This document shows, piece by piece, positions 1-13,211 of a stretch of DNA of 43,812 bases. The DNA is from Welwitschia mirabilis. Lineage: Eukaryota. How positions within the stretch are numbered: position 1 is the stretch's first letter; each line of letters starts with the position of its first letter. Under the pieces are notes generated by a model, which had not been told where the DNA came from, made no database searches, and was given only the letters and a program-made list of their open reading frames with translations. Both the position numbers and the translations under genes were made by a program. The DNA is taken from the NCBI GenBank assembly GCA_051453625.1, contig JBOZIK010000001.1, forward strand, positions 346,883 to 390,694, written 5' to 3'.

Positions 1-519
1 CTTTTCAAACTTCTCACTAAACTTATTTAGGGTCTCATCTAACATTCCAAAGTAAAAATATCCTAGATATTTACTTATTGTCTTTTTATGATGAGATCTT
101 TTAGAGGGATCTTTTATCATTTAATAGCACGTAATACTTCCTAAAGACAAAGAAAATGGAAGAAGACAGCTGGATCTAAAAGAAATAGGTAGACAGGTAT
201 GAATGAGGAAAGTAGGACTGCACAATATTTTATAAAAAGGAGTGATTAAGTTGAATTTGAAAAAAAAAAAAAACAGGTCCATCACCTTTATCCCACTCTA
301 TAACCCTATAGGTCATCCAGTAATCCGTTGAAATTTGGACTGTGAAAATTCTAGGTTTGGTTGACTAGGACTCTAGTTCAATTAATCTAACTAGATTTAG
401 GTCTGATCTAGGAAAGATAAAGTAACCAAGTAAAATTTAATTAACTCAACTTCCCTAGATCTAGTTGACTGAATGCAAAATCTAGTGAACTGTCCTACTT
501 TGAGTCAGAGGATAAAGAG

Positions 520-3500
520 ACAATTCTTAGTTCATGATGAAGTCTTAATAATTTATTAAATTTTAGGGATTTTATAATAATATCAGCTAGTAATTTATTA
601 GTGCTAATAAAGTTCATAGAAATTTTGTCTTTTTCTACTTAATCTACAAGGAAATGGTGTCTTAGTCTAATATGTTTCATTTAATAATGTTGAACAAATT
701 TATTTAAGATATTAATTACACTAGTATTATCACAAAGATTAGAACTATTTAAATTTAACTCCAAAGTCTTTGAGAATTTCCTTCATTCAAAGAAGATGGG
801 TACAACAACTTCTTACTACTATATATTCTTCTTTTTCTGTGGAAAGAGAGATAGATTTTTGGTTGTTACTTGACCATTCTACCAAGCATGATCCTGAAAG
901 AAAACAATTTCCACTGGTGCTTATAACCTGCCCACTCTGTATCACTAAAACTTATGAGCTTAGATAAAGTTTTTATAGGATATTATATCCTATAATCACT
1001 TGTGCCTTTTAGATATCTTATAATTCTTTTGATAGCTTGGAGGTGTGATTCCTTTGGTTGCATTTGATATCTTGGATACACAGCAACACTGAATATTATG
1101 TTAGGTCTACTTTTAGCTAAATATGATACACTTCCTATCATGCTTCTATAAAGTTTTTAGTCCACAAATTTTTCATGATCATTAAGACTGACTTTATAAG
1201 AAGTTAACATAGGTGTATCAGTTGATTTTGAATTTTATAGTTCAAATTATTTTATCAAGTTCCTTGAGTATTTAGATTGAGAGATGAAAATCTCATGTTT
1301 TATTTATTTAATTTGTAGACCAAGAAACATCTGAACTTCACCTAACATATTCATTTCAAATTATGTGGTTACAATACTAGCAAATTTTTTTAAGAGATAT
1401 TTTTTTGAGGCTACAAAAATTATGTCGTCAACATAGATTTAAATAATAATAAAGTCTTTTTTAATATTTTTGACAAATCAGTTTTATCCACAACTCCACA
1501 AGTATAACTATTTTCTTCAATAAATGTCGTTAGTTTTTCATACTAAGCCCTTGGAGCTTGTTTTAAACCATATAAGCCTTTTAATTCTATAGACATAGTT
1601 TGATTAGTGTGAATCTATGAAACCTTGTGGTTGTTCCACATAAACTTCTTCATTAAGAATTCCATTTAAAAAGGCACTTTTCACATCCATTTAAAAAACT
1701 TTAATGTTCTTAAAAGCTGCATAGGACAAAAACATTCTAATATTGCCCAGTCTTACCAGTAGAGCAAATGTGTCTCCTACATCTATTCCTTTAATTTGGT
1801 TGTGTCCTTGGGTCACTAACCTTACCTTTTTTTAATCACATTATTATGTTCCTTACACTTGTTCCTAAAGATTCATTTTGTTCCAATTACATTTCAATCT
1901 TTTGATCTTTTTACAATTTTCCAAACATCATTTCTTTTGAATTATTAAAGTTCATCTTGCATAGTTATCATCCATTCTTCAAAGGATTCAGCCTCTTCAA
2001 ACTTTTTGGATTTAATTTGAGAGACATAATAAATGTGGGCACAAACAATTTCAAGAGAGTCTCTAGTCTAGATATTTAAGCTTACATATCGAATAATAGA
2101 CTCAAGTGGGTGATATGTTAGCTCTTTAAACTTTTTGGAAGTAACATCTTGAGATGGCTCTTCTTCCTTTTCAGTTGTTACTTCTTTTACTATGGAGGTA
2201 CTTGGATTTAGATTTTCTTCATCATTTGAAGGAATAAGTCTTGTACTAAAGTCATCTATTTGAACATTTATAGATTCTTCCACTGTTAGACTTCATTTAT
2301 TGAAAACCTAGTAGGCTCTACTTCTAGTTAAATATCCTAAAACGATTACTTCATCAGCTTTGGGCTTAAATTTATTCAAACATTTCACTCAAATTTATTT
2401 AAACATTTTCTATTTTTTAAGATAAATAATTAATTTTTAAAAACCTTAAATATGAAACATTTGGTTTTCTTCCTTTCTAAAGTTCATAGGGGTTTTTTCC
2501 ATACCTAGTCTTAGATAGACTTTGTTAATAATATAGCATGTAGTACTTATTGCTTCCGCTCAAAATTTTTTAGAAACTTCCTTATCATTTAGCATTATTC
2601 TTCTTATTTCTTGAAAGACTTAGTTTTTCCTCTCTACAATTCCATTTTTTGAAGGAGTCTTTAGGGCTGAAAACTAATGTTCTATACCATTGTCTATATA
2701 ATACTTCTCAAGAAGATGATTTTAGAATTCTCCTTTATGATCACTTTTAACTCTTTTAATAGTGTATCCTTTCTTATTTTGAATTTTGTTACATATTTTA
2801 ACATAACTTTTAGAGGTTTCAACTTTGTTTCCTAAGAAAGCAATCTAAGTAAATCTAGAGTAGTCATCCACCATAGTAAAAAAATATCATTTTCTTCCTA
2901 GACATTTAGTTTGGAAGGGACCCACCAAGTTCATGTAAATGAGTTCAAGTGGCATTGTTGAGGAGACTAATTTTTTACTTTTATGAGAAGTCTTGGCTTA
3001 TTTTCCTTTTTAACAAGCATCACATAGCCAATGTTTTTCAATGGTAATCTTAGGGATTTCTTTCACAGTCTTCCTTTTAATGATGATTTTGAGATGGTAA
3101 TAGTTTACATGTTCTAATTATTAGTGCCATAATTATTCTTGATTTATATGATAAAAATAATAAGCAAATAAAGACTAATTAATACTATAAACATTATCTA
3201 TTTTATTTGCTTTAACAATAACATCATTTATTTTACCATTTTTAACTTCACATTTCTTACTATCAAAGATGACTTTGTAACTTATATTACAAATTTGACT
3301 AATACTTAGCAAATTATGTTTAAGATTATTTGCATATAAAACTTCATTAATTTTAGGAATTTTACCTTCACTGATGCTTTCAATGCCTTTAATTTTTGAT
3401 TTTCTATTATCATCAAATGTTACTTCTCCTTCATCAAAGTCATCCAGATGTAAGAATCTTAATTTGTCACCTATCATGTGATAAGAACAACCACTATCTA

Positions 3501-5807
3501 TGTACCAGAAGGTTCCATTTAATACTTTAAAAGCTATTTAGATCAATAAACTTTTTAAATTGTTATCCCTTATCCACTTAGTCCATTTGGACTATTATGG
3601 TACACATCCCCTTGGGACAAATTTAAATGAAAAATTACTAATCGAGTTTGTAAAGAGCATTATCTTCCTAGCATTAAAAAATAATTTTGAATGAGCTATC
3701 TTTCCACAAAACTGATAAGTAATTTTTAACATATAGTTATTTGCCATATTACTTGATTGCATGGTTTTTTAGAGATGAAGCTCACACCTTTCTTGTTATG
3801 AACTAGTCTTTATACCCTAAGCATCTATTCCAATTTACTTGAACTATTTGAAACTTTATTTACAAAGTAAGATAAGATTTTTACCTCTTGATTTGGCTTG
3901 GAGCTTTTTGTTNNNNNNNNNNNNNNNNNNNNNNNNNNNNNNNNNNNNNNNNNNNNNNNNNNNNNNNNNNNNNNNNNNNNNNNNNNNNNNNNNNNNNNNN
4001 NNNNNNNNNNNNNNNNNNNNNNNNNNNNNNNNNNNNNNNNNNNNNNNNNNNNNNNNNNNNNNNNNNNNNNNNNNNNNNNNNNNNNNNNNNNNNNNNNNNN
4101 NNNNNNNNNNNNNNNNNNNNNNNNNNNNNNNNNNNNNNNNNNNNNNNNNNNNNNNNNNNNNNNNNNNNNNNNNNNNNNNNNNNNNNNNNNNNNNNNNNNN
4201 NNNNNNNNNNNNNNNNNNNNNNNNNNNNNNNNNNNNNNNNNNNNNNNNNNNNNNNNNNNNNNNNNNNNNNNNNNNNNNNNNNNNNNNNNNNNNNNNNNNN
4301 NNNNNNNNNNNNNNNNNNNNNNNNNNNNNNNNNNNNNNNNNNNNNNNNNNNNNNNNNNNNNNNNNNNNNNNNNNNNNNNNNNNNNNNNNNNNNNNNNNNN
4401 NNNNNNNNNNNNNNNNNNNNNNNNNNNNNNNNNNNNNNNNNNNNNNNNNNNNNNNNNNNNNNNNNNNNNNNNNNNNNNNNNNNNNNNNNNNNNNNNNNNN
4501 NNNNNNNNNNNNNNNNNNNNNNNNNNNNNNNNNNNNNNNNNNNNNNNNNNNNNNNNNNNNNNNNNNNNNNNNNNNNNNNNNNNNNNNNNNNNNNNNNNNN
4601 NNNNNNNNNNNNNNNNNNNNCTCATTGATCCATTTTGGAACTTTTTCACATTCTAAGTAGAGTCCTTGACAAGTATTTTTTTAGCTCCTTTTGATCTTAT
4701 TTAATAAGATCTAAGTCATCTAGTTCTATTGAGCAAGGCGTGTTCTTCACAGAAGGGACTACTACCATGAAGGAAAGTGTTTTGTCTCCATCTAACTCTT
4801 GATTTGAGCTATTATCTTCTTCTTCGTCTACATTATCCCAAGTAATAATGAAGGATAATGTTTTGGGCTTCCTCTGATCTCTTCTATTATTTGGACATTT
4901 GTTTGTAATATGTCCATATTCCTTACATGTATAACATTAGATTTGCTTTCTTTTTTTTGGATCTCTTCCTAGTTTGGAATGACTCCTATTTGGTTCCTTA
5001 CTTGCTTCACAATCTCTCTTTCTTTTGTATAAGAAAATTTTGAATCTTCTTACCAAAAGAGCAATCTTATCTTTATCAAGGTCTTCATCTGATTTTTCAA
5101 ATATGGACTCTTCTTGCATACTTTTGAATGCAAGAATTTTTTTTAAATTTTTGGAAAACTTTAATTTATAAGTTTGAATATTACCTTATAGTTTCTCTAG
5201 TGCCTTTCAATTGATGTTCTTGCTTTCCTCAATGGCTGTGAACTTTGGCTCAAAGCAATTTAACAAAGATCTTAGAAACTTTTTGTATAACTTTTCCTTG
5301 GTCTATTTTCTTACTTAGACTTATCATAGAATTTACTATGCCTATTAGTTTAGCAAATAACTCTTGTAGAGTTTGTTCTTCTTCCGTGAAAATATCTTTA
5401 AACTTAGAGATGAACATCTATAGTTTTGCCTATTTTATAGTGAATGTTTTTTTGTAAGTGATTCCAACTATATCCCAAGCTTCCTTAACATGTTCACAGT
5501 TCAGAATCCTCTTGAATTCATCTGCGCAAACTACACAAAGAATAGCATTAAGAGCAAAGTCATCTAAGGTATCCTTGGCTTTGTCAATAGGGGTTTATTA
5601 GTCTTGAGATTTCTCAACCAGCATGATGGTTTTATTATTATCAATTTTGGATAATGTGGGCATGACATATCCATTATAGATTATCTCTTCTATGTCTACA
5701 TCTAAGGATCTAAGGAAGGTTCTGATTCAGGCCTTCCAGTAAGCATAGTTAGTCCCATCAAACATGTATGATCTTCCAGTAGATAGGCCATCAGAAACAT
5801 TACTCAT
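520..5807 (-). pseudogene. Copia gag-pol polyprotein remnant (many stops and frameshifts, N gap at 3913-4620)
   Basis: ATG at 5807; knuckle CYTCKEYGHITNKCP (~4890-4935); protease WYIDSGCSYHMIGDK (~3465-3510); integrase VDDYSRFT (~2850-2875); RT motifs MDVKSAFLNG (~1660-1690), LYGLKQAPRA (~1550-1577), IYVDDIIF (~1415-1438); RNaseH KHIRLRHHFL (~650-680). Confidence 0.92.
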
Positions 5808-5858
5808 AGTTAGAGTTTGGAGTTAAGATTTCTTAGGATCTACTAATTACTTAACCTC

Positions 5859-5870
5859 GCTCTGATATCA
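5859..5870 (-). promoter_or_regulatory. Primer-binding site (tRNA-iMet type) of the copia element
   Basis: Minus strand reads TGATATCAGAGC, one mismatch from canonical TGGTATCAGAGC, 2 nt after the LTR end ...TTCAACA. Confidence 0.85.
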
Positions 5871-5872
5871 AA

Positions 5873-7056
5873 TGTTGAATCTAGAATCTTAGAATGATTT
5901 ATATAGGATTTAAAAATAAATTGAAAAACTTCCTTCACAAAGTATTAAATCCTAAAAATATTTATACATATGAAATAACAAAAATGATCTGAAAGAAAAA
6001 TAATTGAAGCTACAGAATACCGATGAAGATTGATAGATACAAAATTTATAGTAGTTTGAGAAATTCCCTTACTTTACTCTTAACAATTAGCTTCTACTCT
6101 AGACTGACCTAGATCCTTGTTGCTTACTTTTCAGGTTTCTCATGTTTACCTATAACCTTTTGTAATTGGACTTTTAGAGGCTCAATCTCAAGCTTTAAAA
6201 AGAATGATTTTTTATGTAAATAATATGTTGTAATGCATAAGCTTCATTAGATATAAAGTAAAGAAAAGATAGTACTACACTGTCTAAAAATGATCTTACA
6301 AATCCAATTACATACAGTGCAAACTAATTAGCCAAAGGACTGATAATAAAAAGATGCTTATTCATGTTTTTAGTTAGGTTAAAGGACCACAATAATTTTT
6401 ATGACTAAATTTTATATAGGGGATATATTTTAGGGTTTTATAAGTAGATCTGATACTTAAATCAATAAAAATAAGAAGGCAATAGCTAAAAAAATTCCAT
6501 TTCTATCATAATCGATTGACCCCCTCCAAATGTCTAGTCAACTCCATTGAATACCATCACTGAAGTCTGTCGACCCCATCTTCTTCCGATTGACTTGAGT
6601 TCCTCATGTCTCCAAGTTTGATCAACTCCATCAGGGATCTGGTTAACCGCATATGTTCAAGTTTGGTTGATTGCATTTTGGTCTAGTTGACCCCATGTAA
6701 AGAATTGTTGAAAAATATTTTAGCCTTGGTCTAGTTGACCCCTTAGTAATCTAGTCAACCCTTTAATGAAAAGATTTAACAAATTATTATACAAGTCTAG
6801 TTAATCCCTTAAGAATTCCATTGATCTATTAGTAATCTGGTTTTGATACTTTTTTGTATAATTCTAGTTGATTCCTTATGAATCCAGTTGACCCCTTTGA
6901 GGAACTATAATTAATCAGGTTCAAGCATGTCTAGTGGAAAAAGTATGTTGCTTTTAACTTGCAAGGATTAATATTTTTTGCAAGGATACAACATGTTTTA
7001 CTATACTAGAAAAATGCTAGTTTGACAATATCAACTTGGCAAATTATAACTTAACA
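5873..7056 (-). repeat. 5' LTR of the copia element (~1.18 kb)
   Basis: Ends TGTTGAA...CTTAACA (imperfect TG..CA inverted termini). Left end abuts the PBS. Right end is where similarity to the Athila LTR (cf. ~13785 onward) begins. Contains many (C/T)TAGTTGACCC-type repeats at ~6510-6900. Confidence 0.75.
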
Positions 7057-7993
7057 AATAGCTTAATGTATTGCAAATAGGAATAACTTTACAACAAAGT
7101 AAGAAAAAAGCAGGAAGAACTCCTCAGCATTCCTCGGAGACTAGCTTAGAAATCCATCACAAGTTGATGCTCTAAGGTACTATAATTATCTAAGTCAAAG
7201 ATAACATGATAAAGGTTAGAAGGTTCTTTTATAGAAAGAAATGGTAAAGAANNNNNNNNNNNNNNNNNNNNNNNNNNNNNNNNNNNNNNNNNNNNNNNNN
7301 NNNNNNNNNNNNNNNNNNNNNNNNNNNNNNNNNNNNNNNNNNNNNNNNNNNAGGTACTATAATTATCTAAGTCAAAGATAACATGATAAAGGTTAGAAGG
7401 TCCTTTTATAGAAAGAAATGGTAAAGAAAGATGGTTATAAGTCCTTATCTTATAGCATTAGGTAGGCAATTATAAATTATAACATTAGGTAAGGCGATTT
7501 GTCTTCTTTCTCATTTAGTGAAGGTGCTTATGACAACGCTAAAGCTTGACTCCAGTGTACTATAGATACTATCAACTTCTATTTACACCATGCATCTCTA
7601 TTGTTGTCCTACTGAGTAATGCCATATGTCACTTTGTGAATCCTCATCATCATTTCCACATGTCATCAAGAATGTAATTGATTTTTAAGGTGGAACTCAA
7701 TCAATCCCATAACTACATTTTATCCAATTTTTCATGAGAAGCCAAGAATATAAGTTTAAAGTCAGTCTACATAGAAAGGTTGGTGATGTCGATGGTGCTA
7801 GACGACATGAAATTAAGGCATGTCCTTCAATTGAGCATAAGTTTCCTAAAAATGTCATGAAAAAATAATTAAGTGCATAATTAATATGAAAATCAATAGA
7901 AGACATGTTTTTATGGTAAAATCAATTATATTAGTGTTTATGTTTAATTTATCATTTAAACTTAATTGTAATGTCAATTTTTACATGTTAACA
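7057..7993 (-). repeat. 3' LTR (partial, interrupted by the copia insertion) of the Athila-like element
   Basis: Minus-strand start TGTTAACATGTAAAAATTGACATTAC follows GGCACTAGCAAAAAGTCAGTTAGGATGTG. Colinear with ~13785-14565, e.g. shared CATCAAGAATG(T/C)AATTGATTTTT and GCATAAGTTTCCT(A/G)AAAATGTCATG. Confidence 0.8.
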
Positions 7994-9742
7994 CACATCC
8001 TAACTGACTTTTTGCTAGTGCCTTAATAAAAAAAATGAGAATGACATAGTTAATCATGGAAAAATCATTAAAGTTAAATATGCTCAAGCATAAAAAAAAT
8101 GAAACTTCGAAAATTTTCACGATAAATTTTATGTGATTAAGACATCAAAGTAAAAAATTAAGGAAAAATTGAATGAAAATCGAGATGTCATACCACTAAC
8201 CAGAACTGAACTTTATCGTCAAAATTTATAACTTTTAAACCTTTTGAGAACATAAGCCTTAGAATGAATTGCAAAGAGTTATTTTGTTGAAAACTATGTA
8301 ACTAAGCTAAGAACTAGCTATAGTGAAAAGCTAAGGAAAAATTATCTACAGTGAAATAATGCTAAGTTGGAGGTCAGTCAATAAAAACAGTTTATGCCTT
8401 AGGAATTATTTCTTATGGAAATGATCACAAAGCAAAGTGGAGTGAAATGGAGTAAAATGGAGATGATAAATGGACTTAAACCACAAATCGATGAATAAAT
8501 GAGTAAATGTTCCTAAGTTAATAGCCCTTTATTATATTTTTATATTTTTATTAGATCACAATATCAACTAAGTGTTAACTAAGTAACTTATATGAATTTA
8601 AGAAATCAATGCAAATCCTAAGTATGAAAAGTTAAGAGACAATGGTTCATATAAAGCCTCTAATTCCCACGTTTTTAATTCCTTTACTTTTCATTTATAC
8701 CATTGCATATGTTCTTAGCATTATGCCTTTAACCGTGTTAAGCATCTAGTGTTACAATGTTTTCTACCAACAGAGTTAAGACATATTTTATTTACAGAAA
8801 TCAATGCTACATTGCCAAGTGTGTTTATAGTCCCAATGCAGTTGAAAATGTCACAATTAGATTATTAGAGCTACATTGTCAACACATGTCCAAAACTTCA
8901 ATGCAATTAACTAAACCCAACTAGCTTATTAATGTTATTTGCTTTTGAAGAAGAGATATATTATTTTCTTTTATTCATCTTCTCATAGTTATTTTTTATG
9001 CACATTACAGGGTCATTGGCTCATTAGACTAATCAAGATAAATCTTGTCCCCATCAAAATCTTGAGACTTAAGGAGTACATAAAAAGGTAAATCCTACCT
9101 TTTCAACCAAGTTTACTAAAACTAAATCTAAGTGAATGCATTCTTAATCAATGTACTCTAAATAGCATACTTTTCCTTAAAAACCCATAAGCAAACTTGA
9201 TCTTAATTATTGCTAAAGTAATAGCGAGATCACTTATTATTGATTTTTATTTAACATTCTTTAACTTAGACCAGTAATCCTTAGAATCTTATGGATTGAT
9301 GGTTTGTAGAGATGATTTATGGAATTTATGAAGTGATTTAAAAATGAATTTAATAAATGATAAGGTTTGAAAGGGTCATGGGATAAGTGACAATGATGTG
9401 ATGGGGTGCTAATGAGAAAACCATCCTTAGGAAAAGAATAGTTTTTAGGATGAATTAGGGTAGAAGACTCAAAAAAATTATGGCTATCATTTTCAGAGTC
9501 AGAGAAGTAATAATCAAAAGATAGTGAAGAATGGAAAATGTTTGGCTTGAGAGGAGAATATTTGAAATCACAAGTTTCATTTAGTTAATTAGCTTCTTCA
9601 GGATTTCTTGATAACTCTATTGCATTAAAAGTATTTAAGTTTNNNNNNNNNNNNNNNNNNNNNNNNNNNNNNNNNNNNNNNNNNNNNNNNNNNNNNNNNN
9701 NNNNNNNNNNNNNNNNNNNNNNNNNNNNNNNNNNNNNNNNNN

Positions 9743-11858
9743 GTTTAAGGTCATGTTGTCAAATGATATTTTCATTTGATCATTTCTACAATTGATTAAA
9801 GCATTTGAAGTCATAAGAAAGGGTCTTCCTAAAATGATGGACACTGAATTGTGTTTTGTTACATCCATATCTAAAACTATGAAGTAAGCCAAGAAATAGC
9901 AATTATTAACTTAAACTGTTATATCCTTAACTATTCCTAAGGATGGCTTCACAGAATTTTCTACCAAGTATAAGTAGATTTTAGTGAATTTAAGATTATT
10001 TGAGCCAAGTTTCTTAAAAATATAGTAGAGTAAAATGTTTATGCTTACTCCCAAATCTAGCAATGCTTGCTTAATATTTTTATCTCCAATTGTAATTCCT
10101 ATCAAGGGGCAACCTGGATCTTTGTCTTTAGGCAAAAGCTAGTTTTGGATGATTGTAATAGTTTGTTGAGCTAAGAAGTCTTTTCTCTTAATGTTCATAC
10201 ATCTTTTCATGGTGCACATGTTCTTAAGGAATTTTGCATAGGAAGGCACCTTCTTAATTTCTTCTAAGAGAGGGATGTTAATCTTAATTTCTTTCAAAAT
10301 TTCTAAGGCCTCAATTTGTTATTTCTCAATGTTTTCCTTTCTAAGGCATTTGGGAAAAGGTAAAGGCTCTTTGTATGTGGGCAAAGATTCTTTTAAGTTC
10401 ATTACCTTTTCTTTATTCAAAGCTTGGTGGAAAGATAAAGGTTCTTAGTAAGAAATTGTGTCTTATTATTTTTCTTTTCCCTCATCTTTAGATTTATTCT
10501 GAGTTAATCCTTGGTTAATTTTTGTACCACTTCTAAGATGAATTATCTTGGTTTATTTTAAATGGCTTAACCCTTCAGCGATAAATCTAAATCCCTTGGG
10601 ATTTGATGAATTACTCATTGGTAGTTTTTCTATTTCTCTTTGGTTTAATGATGAAAGGATGTGGATGGTGGTTTGTTGGAGTTAGTGTATGCTTTACTCA
10701 AGTCTTTGGTTTATTTATGCTTATGATTTCATGAGATTTTTAAAGGCTTCCTCCAATGGGTTAGATGAAGTCATTTAATGATTTGATAATGAAGGGTAAG
10801 GATGGAAAGATAAGGGGAATGAGTTTTTAGGCTAATAATTTTATTATGGGTTATTATCCTATTTCTAAGAGAAATTAGGAGGGTTTTGCTAAGTAGAGTT
10901 GTAAGTGTTTGAATATGAATCATTTTTAGGATTTTACCATTAGTGCCCTACCACATTTACCTACTCATTAATTTTGTTTTAGAATAGAGGAATGAAGGGG
11001 CATTCAATGATTTCATGAGTATCAAATAAGACATTTTGGTTTAATGACCATGGATGAAGGTGAAGGTGAAGTGGTGAAGAATTATACTCTTCATGATAGC
11101 TCATTTATCTTGTTGATTACTCTAAAATTTTCAAGGATCTTAAAAACACTTTTTGATCATACAAGATAGTGAGATCTTGAACGTTCAGTAGGTTTTTTTC
11201 CCAATTTTTTGAACTTTCAGCTACATTTTCTAAGTACTCCTGAACCTCATCTAAGGGCATGCTAAGAAAATTACCTTGGCTTATCATTTTAACTAATTGA
11301 TGGTTATTAGTAAACAAGCCATCATTAAAAAAACTTATTTTCATACTTGGTTCAAAATAATGTTAGGATCATTTTAATTAAAGTTCTTTTAATCATTCTA
11401 AGGTTTAAGAAAAGGTTTCATGACCCTTATATCAAAAATTCATGATTTCTTTCTTTAAGGCATTTGTCTTGTAATTGGAAAAGAATTTGAAGATAAAAGC
11501 TTCACTCAGGTATTTAAGTTATAATGGAGAAGGATTTTAGGGTGTATAACTAGGATTTTTGCTTTTCTTTCAAGAAAAGGAAAATAGGGTAAGCTTAAAT
11601 GCATGATTAGTGTTAGGATACTGAGGGATAGTTGATAGGACACACTCAAATTATTTGAGATGGAGGTATGGATCCTCAAACTCTGATCCATGAAAATGAG
11701 ACAAGAGTGGACAGCAGAGGATTTGAATTCTAGTCTCTAGTTAATGGGTGGTGGTATTATGAAACTAAATGTTTCTAGGCTTTATAATTGAAGGAATTAC
11801 ATAGGTTTTACCTAAGTTGATTAGTAGCAGTAGTGAGGGCAGCTTGTTGTTTAGCCAT
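9743..11858 (-). pseudogene. Athila-type gag and aspartic protease remnant
   Basis: Translates to LSHFHGSEFEDPYLHLK*FEC (~11640-11705), EIKINIPLLEEIKKVPSYAKFLKNMCTMKR (~10200-10292), KDPGCPLIGITIGDKNIKQALLDLGVSINIL (9911-10135 ORF) and FIVLDM...IILGRPFLMTSNALINC (9635-9892 ORF). Confidence 0.88.
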
Positions 11859-12149
11859 TTCTTAGGTAAAATAGTGGGTTATTAATCTATTGAGCATTTT
11901 TTGATTAGACAAAGATCAATTGAAGGGATCTTAAATATTGAGTGAGTTATTTAGATTTTACTATGATTACTATGATGAGGCAGATCAATTTAATTATTTT
12001 GGGGAGAGTTACCTTGATCTCGGTTTCTGGTTTGTTGCTGTTATAACCCACATTTTGTAAGCTTTAATTAATAGAATTTCTAAACTATGTAAAACATTTC
12101 TTATATCAATTCTAATGAAAACCCTTTTTTTTCTTAGAGGGAATTTATG

Positions 12150-12395
12150 TGTAACCCTATAATCAATAAAGTATTGTACNNNNNNNNNNNNNNNNNNNNN
12201 NNNNNNNNNNNNNNNNNNNNNNNNNNNNNNNNNNNNNNNNNNNNNNNNNNNNNNNNNNNNNNNNNNNNNNNNNNNNNNNGTTAATAGAGTCTAAATAGGA
12301 TTTGATCCTAGGTTCCGTTGTGCATGATAGTTAATAACTATATATATTAAAAAAATATTATGGTTAATTAGGGTAATTAAGAGTAGGGTGTTACA
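12150..12395 (+). mobile_element. Possible nested Tekay/Del-type LTR termini collapsed around an N gap
   Basis: Starts TGTAACCCT at 12150 and ends AGGGTGTTACA at 12395 (near-inverted, typical chromovirus LTR termini), with a 100-N gap between. No clean target-site duplication. Confidence 0.35.
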
Positions 12396-12989
12396 GGTGC
12401 ATTCTTTCATGATCATTGAAGGAATCCATGTTGTTGTGAATTAGTCTTCTAGTTTTGTCACAGGTTTAAGTCATGCAAAAATAAGTTTAAAAGATTACAT
12501 ATAGGTTTCAGATAGTTTTCAAATAAAATTTCATAGGTCCTACAAGTCGATTGGACTTCAGGGGCTGCACAAAACATTCTATGATATATTGAGGAGGTTC
12601 TAGATTAAAAGGATGGTAACGCTAGTGAGAAAAGGTATCAATGTTAGTCAAGTTTCAATTATAGCCTAGCAAAAATGAGGTGGTTTGCTCAGTCGTTTCA
12701 GATTATTTTATGTATTGAGATCACAAATAAATTAAACTAAGACAAAACACATGAATAAAATTAATCCCAACATATCAAAATTGTGGAAGATTTTTAAAGT
12801 TCTAGGCACATAAAAAAAATGCAGAAACAAAAGTAGAAAAATAAAAAAAGACACAATAGGAAAATAAAAGCATGCAATGCAATGTAAAGTTTAATTAAAA
12901 GTTTTTGAGGTTTCTAAGTTTTTTAAACCCTAAAAGTAGCCTACAAATAAATACTATACCTGCACAAAATAAGTTAGAAAATAAACTTT

Positions 12990-13125
12990 AAAATAAGCTA
13001 GACTAGTTTGGGTAACACTGGAAGGATTAGTACCAATCACTAGAAAGAAAACTGAACACACAAAATAAAATAAGCTAGACTAGTTTGGGTATCACTAGAA
13101 AAGAAACTAGTATCAACCACTAGAA
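12990..13125. repeat. Short direct repeats in the Athila leader region
   Basis: AAAATAAGCTAGACTAGTTTGGGTA(A/T)CACT(G/A)GAA occurs twice (~12990 and ~13067), with additional CACTAGAAA units. Confidence 0.7.
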
Positions 13126-13211
13126 AAGTAAAAACTATGTATAAAAACTTGTAAAAAGAAACATAGTACTCCTCTAAGCTAATTTAAAGTTGAGTTTACA
13201 CTTAGTTAAGA

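Larger units (their letters stand above)
1..7056 (-). mobile_element. Ty1/copia LTR retrotransposon, Sirevirus/SIRE-like, decayed; 3' end lies left of the window
   Basis: Minus-strand order LTR-PBS-gag-PR-INT-RT-RNaseH (copia order). Gag start MSNVSDGLSTGRSYMFDGTNYAYWKA, long gag with CCHC knuckle, ~1.2 kb LTR with short repeats and extra sequence after pol all fit the SIRE lineage. Confidence 0.9.

Noticed and set aside
3825-4660. Long ORFs in the track here and at 23096-24013 and 38595-39338
   Set aside because: They consist almost entirely of N-gap codons (X) and are artefacts.
7175-7427. Near-identical direct repeats flanking N gaps (also 17360-17510 and 23153-24011)
   Set aside because: Copies sit on both sides of a gap and are essentially identical, typical of unmerged contig overlaps.
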